64,000 bases of DNA from Cystobasidiomycetes sp. EMM_F5. Lineage: Eukaryota. Every line of letters begins with the position of its first letter. Positions within the stretch are counted from its first letter, which is position 1. Positions 40,816 to 52,942 of this stretch are shown in pieces. Position numbers and translations under genes: made by a program. The stretch covers positions 124,001 to 188,000 of the forward strand of contig JBPGPT010000020.1 in NCBI GenBank assembly GCA_051047955.1. Reading direction: 5' to 3'. The notes under the pieces are model-generated. The model was not told the origin of the DNA and searched no databases. It saw only the letters and a program-made list of their open reading frames with translations.

Positions 40816-41408
40816 TCTGGCAGTATGACCGAATTCTGGTGTCTAGAGCTGACTGAACCAACTCCTTCAACTGATGTGTCACGTGTGTAAGTTGCGTAGC
40901 GGTGCAGACAGGGCTGGTAAAGGTGACCCCTGTCAGGCGACGACGTCCCTTCAACGCCTGGAAAAATACTGTAGTCAAAGAATGACTGGAAATTAGATAA
41001 CCGTCAGAATTCTGTCCAGATCGTCACCAGGAAGTGGTTCTGCTCTAAGATAGACCAAAAGAGGATATGTAGAGCATATGCATGATTATGCATGAATTTG
41101 AAAACAGCGAGTCGGATGTGCCGCACCGCCTTGAGCTTCGTTACTGTGATCAGTAGTCACCCTACTGCATGCGCTCTACTGCTGCCTTTCACATTCTGGC
41201 GTTAGGTCACAGAGGCTTCCTACTGGCTTCCACGGTGCAGTTTAATACTGGGTTGGTGGTTGATACAGAATCAAATAGTAGACACGGCATTGAGCTTCGG
41301 TCGACATGAACACACTATAACATTAACCGATGAATATCCCAGGCAGAACTCTGTGCATGCTTCCTCCCACTAAACACTCCAAGGACTGCTCAGAACCTCA
41401 ACATGCCA

Positions 41409-42263
41409 TTACCTATTGCCCATATATACCTCTTCCCTACCGTTTGCTCTCATCATCCCCGCATGCTTCCTCTTGATGTTCATCTTGATGTTGATCTCTT
41501 GCTCAATTTCCACATCTTCCGCATGCTTTCCAGTCATTTCCGACTGCCCATACCCTTGCATCGAGCCGACCGCAGGATAAGAAGACTGGCCGTGATGCAG
41601 CAGCGGATACGGGATTGAACCACGCGCATAAGCTTCCTCTGCTCGCGCTGCATAAGCTTCTGAGTTTGGAAGGTGTGCCGAGATAAAACAAAACTCACCA
41701 CTTTCGCCGTCAGCCACTCCTCTCACCCCGTCTTGCCCAGGAGCAAGCGAGAAGTGGCTGTCATTATCGTTGTCGAGATTGCGAGACAATACCCGGCCTC
41801 TGTGTGGAAAGGTCGTTCGGAAGGCAGGTGCAGAAATCGGATGCATGGGCTCTATTTGTCCCATGCGAGATGATGTAGCGGCCGGGTAGCCGCCGAAGGA
41901 ATGGCTTTGCGCGTACGGCGTCATTATACCTTTTCCTGCTTGCATACCAGATCCGTAGGGACCCATAGATGCAGGCATGATGGCCATTTGTGCACGATGG
42001 TGAGGATGGCTTGCGTTGACCGCTGTATGAGGTGGAGTGTAGGGATATCCTGGGTCGGCGTGCAGTTGCAACTCTCTAGCATACGCTTGATGGTGCCCGT
42101 ACGGCACGCGCGACGGGTGTCCTGCTGACATATGCGGCGGTAACGGATGGCCGTACTGTGCAGGGTGTGGACCCATGTTCGGCCAGCCGCTCTGCGCTGC
42201 ACTGCCAGGATGACCGGCAGATAGTGGGTACGCCATGGAGCTTTGCTGATACGGATTGAACAT
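41409..42263 (-). CDS. Low-complexity G/H/P/M/Y/Q-rich hypothetical protein
   Basis: 284-codon ORF with a probable in-frame intron. The 3' end is uncertain. Confidence 0.6.
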   Translation of the reverse strand: MFNPYQQSSMAYPLSAGHPGSAAQSGWPNMGPHPAQYGHPLPPHMSAGHPSRVPYGHHQAYARELQLHADPGYPYTPPHTAVNASHPHHRAQMAIMPASMGPYGSGMQAGKGIMTPYAQSHSFGGYPAATSSRMGQIEPMHPISAPAFRTTFPHRGRVLSRNLDNDNDSHFSLAPGQDGVRGVADGESGEFCFISAHLPNSEAYAARAEEAYARGSIPYPLLHHGQSSYPAVGSMQGYGQSEMTGKHAEDVEIEQEINIKMNIKRKHAGMMRANGREEVYMGNR

Positions 42264-42849
42264 CTTTGGTGTGGGACTTCAAATCGATGGAATGATGGAC
42301 GCGGTGTTCAAGAGGGTAACGCCAAAGATGGGGCTTGTCTGTGATGCAGCCTTTGAGGGTATGAGATGTAGGTTCGGTCAGAGTTTACGTGGTACGACGG
42401 CCTTCACAGCAATGTGTAATGTTCAAGCGGTCAGACAGGAGTGCTGTTGAGCGGGGACGATTCTGAATGGACCGGAGTCAAGCTGCAATATTCATTTCAC
42501 CAGTCCAACGCTCAAGGACCTCCAGCCGGCACATGCGCATGCGCAAAAGCCGGATCAGTACGTCAGATGGAACGGCTCACGGCAACGAGCCGGGCTGTGC
42601 AGGCAGCTCAACAGTCGCCCAAAGCAGGGCATTTGTCCATTTTAGATTGCCTGCTTCAGGAGGTCGCCCCAGTGATCTGAGCAAGGCTAGTCTGTAGCGT
42701 CAGTAGGGGTTTACCACGTTGGTGGATACAGCCAGCATGGTCATGAACTGAAGTTGTGCAAGAGAACCAAATATCATGGTCCGGCTTGCACGCTACAATC
42801 TTCTTGTCAAATGATACTATAAGCAACAACTCAGCTTGCGTGTGTGCCA

Positions 42850-43738
42850 TCACCACCACCTGCAGTGAAAGTACAGAGAGTAAGTCAGCCTGGCAGACTT
42901 TAGTCTTGAGATATGGTACGCACAGTCTATGTGTCGGACAGTGGTAGCCACTCGGGTTCTGGTCGAGGTATCGCTGATGATACTCCTCGGCCGTGTACCA
43001 CTTGCCTGCCTTTACAATCTCTGTTGCCACTTGCCCCTTCTTCTGCTGGACTACAGGATGCTTGGTCTTGATATCCTCGAGTACCTTTTCTGCAATCTCC
43101 TTTTGCTCGTCGGTATTGTAAAAGATGGCACTGCGGTACTGGCTGCCATGGTCTGGGCCTTTGACATTACAGACTACGTCAGTTTTGCCACAACCTGACC
43201 AATCTGCAATTTGGCTTGCTCACCCTGTCCATCGTACTGCGTGGGGTCGTGTGACCGGAAGAACATCTCGATGAGCTCAGCGTACGAGACTAGGAGCGGT
43301 CAGAGTCAGCGGCTTGACAAGTTCCGCGCTGTCATCCGACTCACCCTTCTCTGGATCGAACGTAATGCGACACGCTTCGGCGTGTCCTGTTGTGCCAGAG
43401 CATGTCTGGCGGTATGTAGGGTTGTCTGTATGGCCCCCGGTATACCCGACTTCTGTCTTCTCTAGTTTTCCTTTGAAGTACTTGTCGTAGATCTGCTGCG
43501 TTCCCCAGAAGCAGCCATTTGCGACCTAGCGGTTACATTCTGGTCAGACTAGCACATATACCACACATTTACCACCCTCACTCACTGTCGCCTGCTCAAA
43601 CTTGGCAGCCCCGTTACTTGCTGCAGTCGACATTGCTTGGATGGCAGTCGACGTGGTTGGCCCGGAGTAGGTAGTATGGGATGGGGGAGACACAAAGAGA
43701 GGCAGACCAAAGATTGCTTGACGGAAACGAGCGAGCAT
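42850..43738 (-). CDS. msrA: Peptide methionine sulfoxide reductase MsrA
   Basis: ANGCFWG, VGYTGG, TGHAEA, HDPTQ..GQGPDHGSQYRSAIF and AEEYHQRYL..NPSGYHCPTHRLWW. Confidence 0.95.
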
Positions 43739-43907
43739 ACGTTGGAGTCAGATTCAAGCAGCGAGGTTTTGGAGTAAAAAGGAGAAGGTTGTCGGAATTG
43801 TCGAGGAGATGACCGAACAATCCGCCACCGAAATGATGACTCTCCTTCATTTCAAATGACCATGTCGGAGCATAACTTCGCCAGCATTACATGAACTTGC
43901 ATTCCAA

Positions 43908-44537
43908 ATGATGAACTCGCCAGCTTCAGGCGGGCTGGCCGGGATGGGCCTGTCGCCTGCAGTTATGGGCACGCCTGGCAGTACTGGGCCAGCGCAACAG
44001 ATACTCAGAATGCCCATGGCTCAGCAGCAGATGCTCGAGAATCGGTACCGCACTCAGTCGGTAGCCCTGGCTTCCGTCGTGTCTGCAAACACGGTATCGG
44101 CAGATGCTCCAAACGAAGCTCGACGATTGATACGGGCAATGCTCGACAGCGATACATCGGCGCAGGGAAGGCATAGCCTGTTGCGGATAGACAGCGAGCT
44201 GCAAGGGGTGCTGGATGATGTGTGAGGGTGATTAGACTCGATACAAATTATTGGCACTGACTGTCTTACTAGACGCAACGCATTCACAAACAGCCCAAAC
44301 TACGACATCGGGGCACGCTTGCAGGATGTTCTCGCATCGCTGGAAGAGCTGCAAGTGCAGTTGGCTAGGACAGGTCTAGGTGCTCTGCCACTGCAGACCT
44401 CACCGGTCCCACCAGACTTTTACAGTGTCAACATGTCGACAATCATCCCAGCTCTCCAAGTCGACGTGCAGTCCAGCTTCAAGGCCAGGCAGAAAGTCAG
44501 GGAAGGCGCGGGAATTGCAAAGAATGGCCTGAAATGA
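43908..44537 (+). CDS. Hypothetical helical protein, two exons
   Basis: ORFs 43908-44225 and 44319-44537 joined by an intron at about 44221-44272. Confidence 0.65.
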
Positions 44538-45074
44538 TGCTTCATCTTGCGACACGGTGCTATTCCATCATCATCTGTGAAAGCCACATCGACAGCAGGC
44601 GCGGAGTACCTGTTGCAGCACCCATCCACAGATTGAGTGGCCTCTAGAATGGGAATCGGTCGGTGAAGCTGACGCCATACATCATTCGCCATTGAACGAG
44701 GGACGAAGGATCCTGGCTACGAGCATCAGAACAGGCTGCTTGTGTACTTTCGCCGTCAAGCATGCAATCACAGCTTGTGACGGCCAAATATTGAGTGTTG
44801 CTGTCAGTCAATACACCATCATCGAACAGTCCCGACCACAGAGTCCGGACACCTGCCAGGCGTGGAAGGTCGCAAAACAAGAGCTTGTCGCGACGCATAC
44901 ACTGCGAGGTAAAAGCATGTGATATATGGGATGCGGCTATCGGGATAGTACAAATCGCAGGAGAGTCTGCGGGGCAATAACCTGACAGTAGCTTGTTGTC
45001 AATCTGCCCACCCATGCGTTGGCGGTGATAACCACATCATTACTGCGAATCTGTCCTTCATCACTTCACAAGAT

Positions 45075-46326
45075 ATGAACCTGCTAGGCGCTGTCGACGA
45101 TACGTTATCGCTCGATAAGATTCGAGCGACATTGATCCGGCTCGAAGACACCATAATCTTCTGTAAGAGGCCATTAGCGAATCAACAGATGTCCAGAGCC
45201 ATGCAATTGACAATGCTATGATGATATCTGCGTGACCGTACGTAGCGCTCATTGAACGCGCTCAGTTTGCACATAATCCTACTATTTACGTGAAGGGAGG
45301 AGTGCCGCAGCTTTCGCAGGACGGAGGGTACGATGGGACATGGCTGGAATGGTTCTTGAAAGAGACTGAATCTATGCATGGTAAGCACATTCCCAGGACT
45401 CTTCAGCATCGTCCGACTAAATCCGTGTCAATTGTTGTCTGTCTTGGCTGACAGCCAAAGTACGCCGCTATGAGAGGTGCGAACCATCTATCCAATAGAG
45501 TATCGCAATGCAGTCTAACGTGCGAATAACTTGCTACAGCCCTGACGAACACCCCTTCACGCCGCGCGAACAGCTCTCCAAACCTATATTGCCGCCTCTC
45601 AACTATCCCCGCCTTCTACATCCCAACACCGTCAATGTGAATGCGCAAATTATGACCTTCTACACAAAACACATCATTCCAGAAATCACGCGGAAAGCAA
45701 CAGCGGCACTCGGAGCGGGCAAGGACGATGACGATGGAAACTACGGGACAGCCGCGACGAGGGACGTGGAAGCGTTACAAGCAATCAGTAGAAGAATACA
45801 CTATGGTGATATTGAGTCTCACAGCGCGCCCACTGCATGCTGAAGTACCCCCTAACTCGGCAGGCATGTTTGTCTCAGAAAGCAAGTTCCGTTCAGATCC
45901 AGCCGCTTTCATACCGCATATCCAAAACCCAAACGAGGACGCTCTAGCAGCTCTGATTACCAAACCTGCAGTCGAAGCAGCGCTACTCAAGCGACTCGCC
46001 AAAAAAGCAGAATTCTATGGTCAGGAACTTGATGCTGCTGGAAACCCAAAGCCGACGCGGAAAGAGGACCTTAAGATTGATGTGGATGAAGTAGTGTCGC
46101 TCTATCGCGATTATATTATCCCGCTCACAAAGGACGTAGAGGTGAGCAGTATTCTTACAATAACAAGATAGCAAGCCATATTAACAAGGTTGAATGTCTC
46201 CAATACCAAACTTCCATTCACGCGGTCCCGGTCGCACAGGTCCAGTACCTTCTGACTAGGCTCGATGGCGTCCCAGAAGCGGAGATTGAGAGGATGAAGT
46301 CGTTGAAGACGAAAACAGATCACTAG
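45075..46326 (+). CDS. ARO7: Chorismate mutase (AroQ, eukaryotic type)
   Basis: [65 protein letters not shown] and [14 protein letters not shown]. Confidence 0.96.
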
Positions 46327-46361
46327 TCGTGGGAGAAGTGATATAATGCATTGGCAGTACC

Positions 46362-47674
46362 TCAATGTTTGAGTATCCATTCAGTCACTTCTTGTATTAC
46401 TTTTTCCTTCATGTCGCCAGGCTGTAGTAGGGGAATGGGCGCAGGGTCAGCCTCAATCGGTGAACTAGACGGCCAAGTCCAGATCATACCTCGTTATGTG
46501 CCTCGTGGTAGTAGCCATGCAGCGGCAGAAAAGTCTTGTCATCTGCGTTGATCTTCTCCACAAGCTCTTTGGACCCGTCGAACCAGGTAATCTGCCAGGG
46601 TACCCGCTTAGACAGTTCGAACAGGGCTAAGGTGATCTACCTCACCTTGTCTTCGTCACCATGGTAAAGCAGTAAAGGGAGTGTCTTGGGATAATGGGCA
46701 TAAGTCTTGCTGAGCAAAGCTGCTCCATCAGTGAACATGTCCGATAACCTGAATGTTAATTTCGTTATCAGTTAAAGTTTTCACAGCTGCCGGACGACGA
46801 GGTTCGCCAAGCTGTATCGAGTCGGCTTACCCTTTATATGTCGCTATCGGCGAGCACAGCGGGTCTTTTATGTAGGCTTCATTTACTGCCTGGTCGTGTG
46901 ACAGGTCCTGCGACAATGACGCAAGTGTTGTCAGTGGGAGTGGATTCATGATACAACCTGAAAGTATACTTGGCCAGATATCTTGATCTTCATCTGTAAA
47001 CTCGGCAAAAGCGATCCAATAATGCCTCCTACCAGTAAAGTTGGCTTTCCAACCCTTACGGCAGGCGGCTGTAGTGTAGAAGGTGCAGAGGATATGATAC
47101 CGGCGAGCTTCTTTAGTGTCGGCCTATGTTGGTCAGGACGGCAGGCGTAATTCATGACAATTTCTCCGCCCTGTTTGAGAAGTAATCAAGACCGATCAAT
47201 GAGTGGACAACACAAAGCTTGACTGACCATAGAATGGCCGTAGAGGAACAGCTTGGAACCAGGGTAGGCCTGCTCTTCCTGAGCGAGGAAGTATTCCAAG
47301 TCTAGTAGCTGCTTTTGGGCTGTAGTAATGCCGTAGCTTTTCGTCTTCTGACCAGTCTGTCCCCATCCTCGTTGGTCGAATGCAAAGACACTGATGCCAC
47401 GAGCTGCAAATTGTTGGAAAAAGTAGTTGTATCTCTCCACCTGAAAGGGGATACTGTCAGAAATGAGTCTGGAGATGAATTATGGCTCGAGGTTCTCTCC
47501 TGCCTGAGACTAACATGTTCGATGATGCTGCGACCGTTGATACGGCATCTATCAGAGAATGCCTATAATGACGTTGTATGAGACGGGCCGAGACGTACCC
47601 GTGAACAAATACGACTCTTGCTTTCGGAGTCGCGGCATTCCAGCTGGATAGGCATTCGACGTTAGGTCATCCAT
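46362..47674 (-). CDS. Alpha/beta hydrolase, monoacylglycerol lipase/lysophospholipase (Yju3-like)
   Basis: FAFDQRGWG, nucleophile motif LYGHSMGG, LLLYHGDEDK and GYYHEAHNEP. Confidence 0.88.
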
Positions 47675-47998
47675 CTTGAAAAGCATAATGTACACTTATC
47701 CCACCGCTTTGTGTAGAATGACACCCTGTTTGGCCCTTCTATCCAAGCTGATGCCTCGGTCACTCCAGCAGCAGCGCTCATTCTGCGAACCACGCCAAAT
47801 GAACGGGAGCAAGCCAGTGCAGAATATAACGAGACTGCCAGGTTGCAGCGGAGTTGGCTTGCTAATGACTTGCAAATGAGCTTCGATCAATAGTCCAGCT
47901 TGTATCATCGAACGGCCTTGCTTTCCACTTGTTCACTGCTGCAATCTGAAACCATGCTTGCTCTCAAAATGCACAACTAAACACTCTGCACACCCGCC

Positions 47999-49173
47999 AT
48001 GGTTGCTGAAATTCCAGGCGAGACGGCCAAATCTACGCGTACAGGGCGCGAACGAGCGTCAACAAGAACTTCGCTTCGACGAATATCGCGTGGTTCACTG
48101 AGTGCACTAGCAGCCTCGAGGAATAGAGATACGGAGGATGATGCTCCGCCACTCGAATTCCTCTCTGGCGCTTTTGCCGAACTGAGCGAAGGACTGGCCG
48201 ACCTGGCACTCAATTTCGAAGCACTTGATACTGTTAACGAGTCCCTGTATGCTATAAACGAGGGATTGGCTGCGCTGATATACGGAATGAGAATGAATGT
48301 ATACACTAGCGAGCTGTATAATGCGAGTCGATACAGCCCTTGGCGACGAGAGTCCACTTCGCTGATATGGATCGCAGGCGCCAACACAATTCAGCTTCGA
48401 GCGGGCGGTTCTGCGCGCAGAGAAGGCAGCTCGTGAAGAAGAGGACCGTCAATCCACGCCTGCCGATGAAGCGGATACTACCGGTCGCCCTTCAAGCGAT
48501 GCACAATCACACTCAAGCGGGACGAATCAGTATCAAGCAGATGCGACATTCGTGTCTCAGCGTGACGACGGAGACCAGGCACTTCTAGGCAAAGCTGGGA
48601 GACCATCAGCTGTACCGAAGAGTCGCGTCCCTAGCGGAAAATCCACCGCACAGAAGAAGAAGGAAGCAATGATCCGCTTTGCACACCCTATCATTGCGAC
48701 ACTTCCCATCCAGTACCGCGAACAGCAGGTGTGTTGGGTCCGCCGTGTACTTTAGGCTCGACTGAGCCTTCATGCGGATACAGCCACATCGTACCGACGC
48801 AGAAACCGTTATTGGCGCACTGAGGCAGAGTGCAGAAGGACTGTATGTTCTCTAATCATCGGTAGCTTGTCCTCCACTAACGTTATCCTGCTCGTCACGC
48901 AGTCGACGTGGGCACCTCTATACTTGCACAATCGTCTCGCATCTAAAGCTAATACCTATGTCTGCAGTACCAGAGCTTGTCAAAGCATTTCCTCTCATTC
49001 CAAAACATCGACTCAATGATACTCTACTAAGCCTTGTATGTACCTGTGTGCACAAGCTTCAGCGCAATCGCGGCTGACTTTTGCACGACAAGGTGCGAGC
49101 CAAACAGGCTATCAAGATTACAAACAAAGGCACCGTGTACAGACTCGATCCGTTGAAGTATCCACCTCCATAG
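47999..49173 (+). CDS. DAM1: DASH complex subunit Dam1
   Basis: TSLRRISRGSL, then FLSGAFAELSEGLADLALNFEALDTVNESL..INEGLAALIYGMRMN, fitting the DASH_Dam1 pattern. Confidence 0.85.
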
Positions 49174-49558
49174 AGACGTCAGGTTCCCGCCTCGTACATT
49201 TCACTATAGTCCGAATAAAGCAACCACGAGACCCCACCTGATCGCAGCCGGCTTTGGCGACATCCGTACTGTGCTCTGCAGCGATCGAGGCGTCAGCCGT
49301 GCGGTCGTTGCATCTGAAGTGGATGCTTAGTGTTCAGGGCTTCAGTCCGGTGGCCAGGCTCACATACGCGTCCGATGCTTAATGCTCGTGCAAATGAAAA
49401 TAAATCTCGATAACCTCGCTATATCACTGCACGAAGGTGTCGTCCTACCAGCTGGCTTCCGTCTCCGTCAAGCGGACTGCCTCTGGCGGTTCCGCTCCGC
49501 GAAGACGTAAGTTGCTATCGCCCCGTTCCGTGTCCGACAATCCAAGTCGTGACGCAGA

Positions 49559-50130
49559 ATGTCCAGCATTCGCACATTCACCTCACTCTGTCTTCTTGAA
49601 TTCATCCTTCTTGACAGGACGCGACGCAACGAAGTCAGCAAGATGGGAGGCGAATGCTACAAGTACCTTCAGCAGCGCCTGCACCAGAAAGTCGAACCGA
49701 GACATCAAGAACAGTATCAATGTATGTGTCTTGAATCACATCCGCTTTCTGTGCTCCCAAAGACCTATGCATCAACAGCGCTGCATCCTGCACTCCTCGA
49801 CAAGCTTGCAGACATCAAGGCCTCGTACAACCTCGCAGAATGGAGGTTTACACAACCCACCTACACAATATTTTCACTGCAGGATTCGGCGGGAATGAAA
49901 GCGATCGCTTCAGGGCCATCAGGGCCCCGAAAGAGCTGCCCATTCCGAAGGATGATCAGTATACATTTGACCTGTGGTGCATCGGTTGGCAGCACCGAAG
50001 TTACGGCAGTTATCAAGATCCAATCGAGGCTTTGGCGGAGAGCGTCATGGCCGTCATCTGGTCAGAAGGCACATTGCACGAGGTACTTGTCATCAGTGGA
50101 GAAGATAATATTGCTGCGGACCTTCATTGA
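49559..50130 (+). CDS. Possible hypothetical gene or gene remnant
   Basis: Overlapping protein-like ORFs in different frames, with splice-like signals. No consistent model found. Confidence 0.25.
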
Positions 50131-50554
50131 CGTGGACAAGTCTAACGAGAGGTGAGCTAGACTCCTCCTTCGTATCGGATATCTCTGGGGTCTTACACTG
50201 CTATATACATTCAGCGATCAGCATCGCTTTGCAATGCTCGGTGTGCCAATGTTCCGTTTGTCAGAACGGCGCTAGCCTTGCTTGTGTGACGATGAAGTTG
50301 AATTTCGATGATCCCGTTGTCGCTTGTTACTCAGCGAAGATTTTATATGAGCTACAACGATCAACCTTGATTACAACACAGAAAGAGCGACATGTGAACT
50401 TGCATAACCTTACAATAGCGAGAAGCACGTCTACTAGCAAAGCTTTGTTTAGTTGGTATGTTCGATTTAGGTGTTTCGGCGGTCGGCAGATAAGCGTGAC
50501 AGTCCAGCTGAAACACTTCCTTTTGCCGGCCTTGCTTGCAATATGACTTGGCAA

Positions 50555-51916
50555 TCACTCGTCATCGTCGCGGGTCTTGCGCTTCTTCGAGAGGTTAGCA
50601 TTGCGGGTGACATTGGCTTGGATTTCCTTGACGGAGAAGCCGTCGACACGGACACCAGCCTTGGAGCGGCACTTGACAGTCTTGCCTTTGCGCTCGGCCT
50701 GGAGACGCTCGCGGTCGTCAACCTCCACACCATGAATAGAGACGAAGGTCTCGATTCCATCGGCGAATCCGCCAAAACATTCGATGCCGCAGAAATCGAC
50801 GTGGTCTGAGCGGATGCGTTCATTGTCGTCCCATCTGTATTTGCGAAGCTTCTTCTTGTAGTCCTCGTGGATGTTTGGCAGGTCGAGGGCCTGGTCCGGA
50901 GTATAGAACCACTGAGGAGTATAACATGTCAACATATATGTGATTGATTGCAGTATAAAAGGAAATCTACGCAGACTCGAAGGAGACCCAGGTTCTGGTT
51001 CTCATCCTGCGAGGTCTGGTCCAAGGCGCAGCAGTCGAGCACCTCTCCGACCCACCAGAGGTCATCGTCGAGATCCTCGATATCGACGTCTCGACTCTGT
51101 GGTGGAAGCCATGATGGGTCTGGCAAGATCCAGAGCTTGTCGCCTCGCCGGAACTTGACCTTCTCCATCTTGCCCTCGCGCTCAATATCGGTAGCGATAG
51201 AGTTGTGGAAGGTGAGGCGAGTGCCAATATCCTTCTCGGTAATGCCTAGCGATTCGACATCCCAGTTGTACTGTATGCGTGATGGATGATAGAGTGGGTA
51301 GAAAATGATCGAACATTTTTAGCCGGGGGACTGGTCATGCAGATTGATAGGGGACTCACAACACCTCCACCGCGGCCAGAGCGGGATCTAGACGAGACTT
51401 TGGGCGAGGACTCGTCGTCCTCTACATCATGAGAAGTCATTCGTCGGCCGCGAATGCCTTTACCCTTGCCAGCACGCTTGCCGCCGGCAGTGACAACCTT
51501 TGCGCCCGTAGAAGGAGGTGCATCACGCGTGGCTCTCGAGCGAATGACGCTGCCGGGGGCAGAGGAAGCCTGACGGTTATGAGTAGGCTGAAGCAACGAG
51601 GACTCGATATCAGCGCTCTCGGTGTCCTTGCGGTCCTTGGGATCCGACTCGGTTCGCGGATTGCTGCCCGATGAGGACTTGACTACGGTGGTAGCCTCGT
51701 CGTCTGAAAAGATAGAGGCAGTCAATTGAAACGATTGACAAGCCACGATGTGATGAACCAACTCGACTCCTCGCTCTCGGCGCTCTCCTCGTGACGAGCA
51801 GACTTGCGGGCAGTCCGAGTCCCAGCAGCGGCCATCCCGCTCTTTCGGGCACCGCGAGCAGGCTTGGTAGGCGAGTTGGCGCCCACGATGGGTCCCGAGG
51901 ACACTCTGGGTGGCAT
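50555..51916 (-). CDS. BAH (bromo-adjacent homology) domain protein with basic disordered N-terminus
   Basis: FRRGDKLWI..WWVGEVLD..LLRV/WFYTP..NERIRSDHVD pattern typical of BAH. C-terminal KKRK NLS-like motif. Confidence 0.72.
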
Positions 51917-52942
51917 GGTGGGTATGGGACAGTATTGCTCGATTTCCTGGGTTTCCAGAACTTGGACGGTTCAGACACGCCGCCCGCCCTCCGTGCATCC
52001 GCACCAACTCCAAGTCCGCGATCGAGAAGACCCACCCGGGGGAAAGGTGGAGACTGGCTCAAATATCAGCTGCAGCTGTCTGCATCACTCCGATACGGTC
52101 AATATTCAGTAGCCTTCACGCTGATGACTGATCTCTTGAGCTGACGACTGACTATCTCGATTCTTCCCTTCCCGGTCACCTCTTTTGAAGACATAGAAAT
52201 GCCCTCACGAAACGCAAAGCTATTAACAGCCTGACGATACTGCTCAGTATTTATTCGTTTTAGTGCGAAGTTGAAGTTGAAGTTTGCCTTATGACGATAG
52301 CGAATCACTGAATGACAAGCATTTATCGTTCTCCCGCGCCATCTGAACGTCAGACATCACGAAAACATGAGCACCGATGCAAGGAGCTGCTTAATGGAGA
52401 ATGATCATAATGTCCCACATCTGCCAATGTTGACAATGTGATGCATTCACAGCTGTGAAGCCCGAGCCAGCACTCTTGGGATACAGGCAACGTTTGAAGA
52501 ATGTATTTAGGCCGTTGCCAGAGCGCGTTGATGTAGGCTAGAGCACACTGTACAATGCATGAACTCGTCGAGCATAGCTGCGGGCTATGTGCACGCCAGC
52601 TTTTGAGCATCCCCGCAATCGCCATGCTTTCGGGTCTCATTTCTCCTTCGCTCCGACGTTTCCACCACAATGCGTGGACAAGGCGATACGAAACGACGGC
52701 TGCCGTATTGTGTCGCTCCGAACACTGCAGCTGCTAGCCCTGGCGCTGTTCGACAGTCTCTGAATCCGGAGGCAATTGCGGCTGCAGGTACCGAGGGGTA
52801 CCGGTGGCGTACTACCGCAATTGGTTAAAATTCCAGCACCTCTTCACCTGGCTTGCGTCTGTTGCAGTACACGTCTCTTTCAATCTGCTGACAGGCTGCT
52901 CTCACCCTTCCATCGCCTTTTTACACAAAACTAACACTAATC

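Noticed and set aside
52787..52805. Paired GGTACC palindromes upstream of the sphingomyelinase
   Set aside because: Too short to distinguish from chance.
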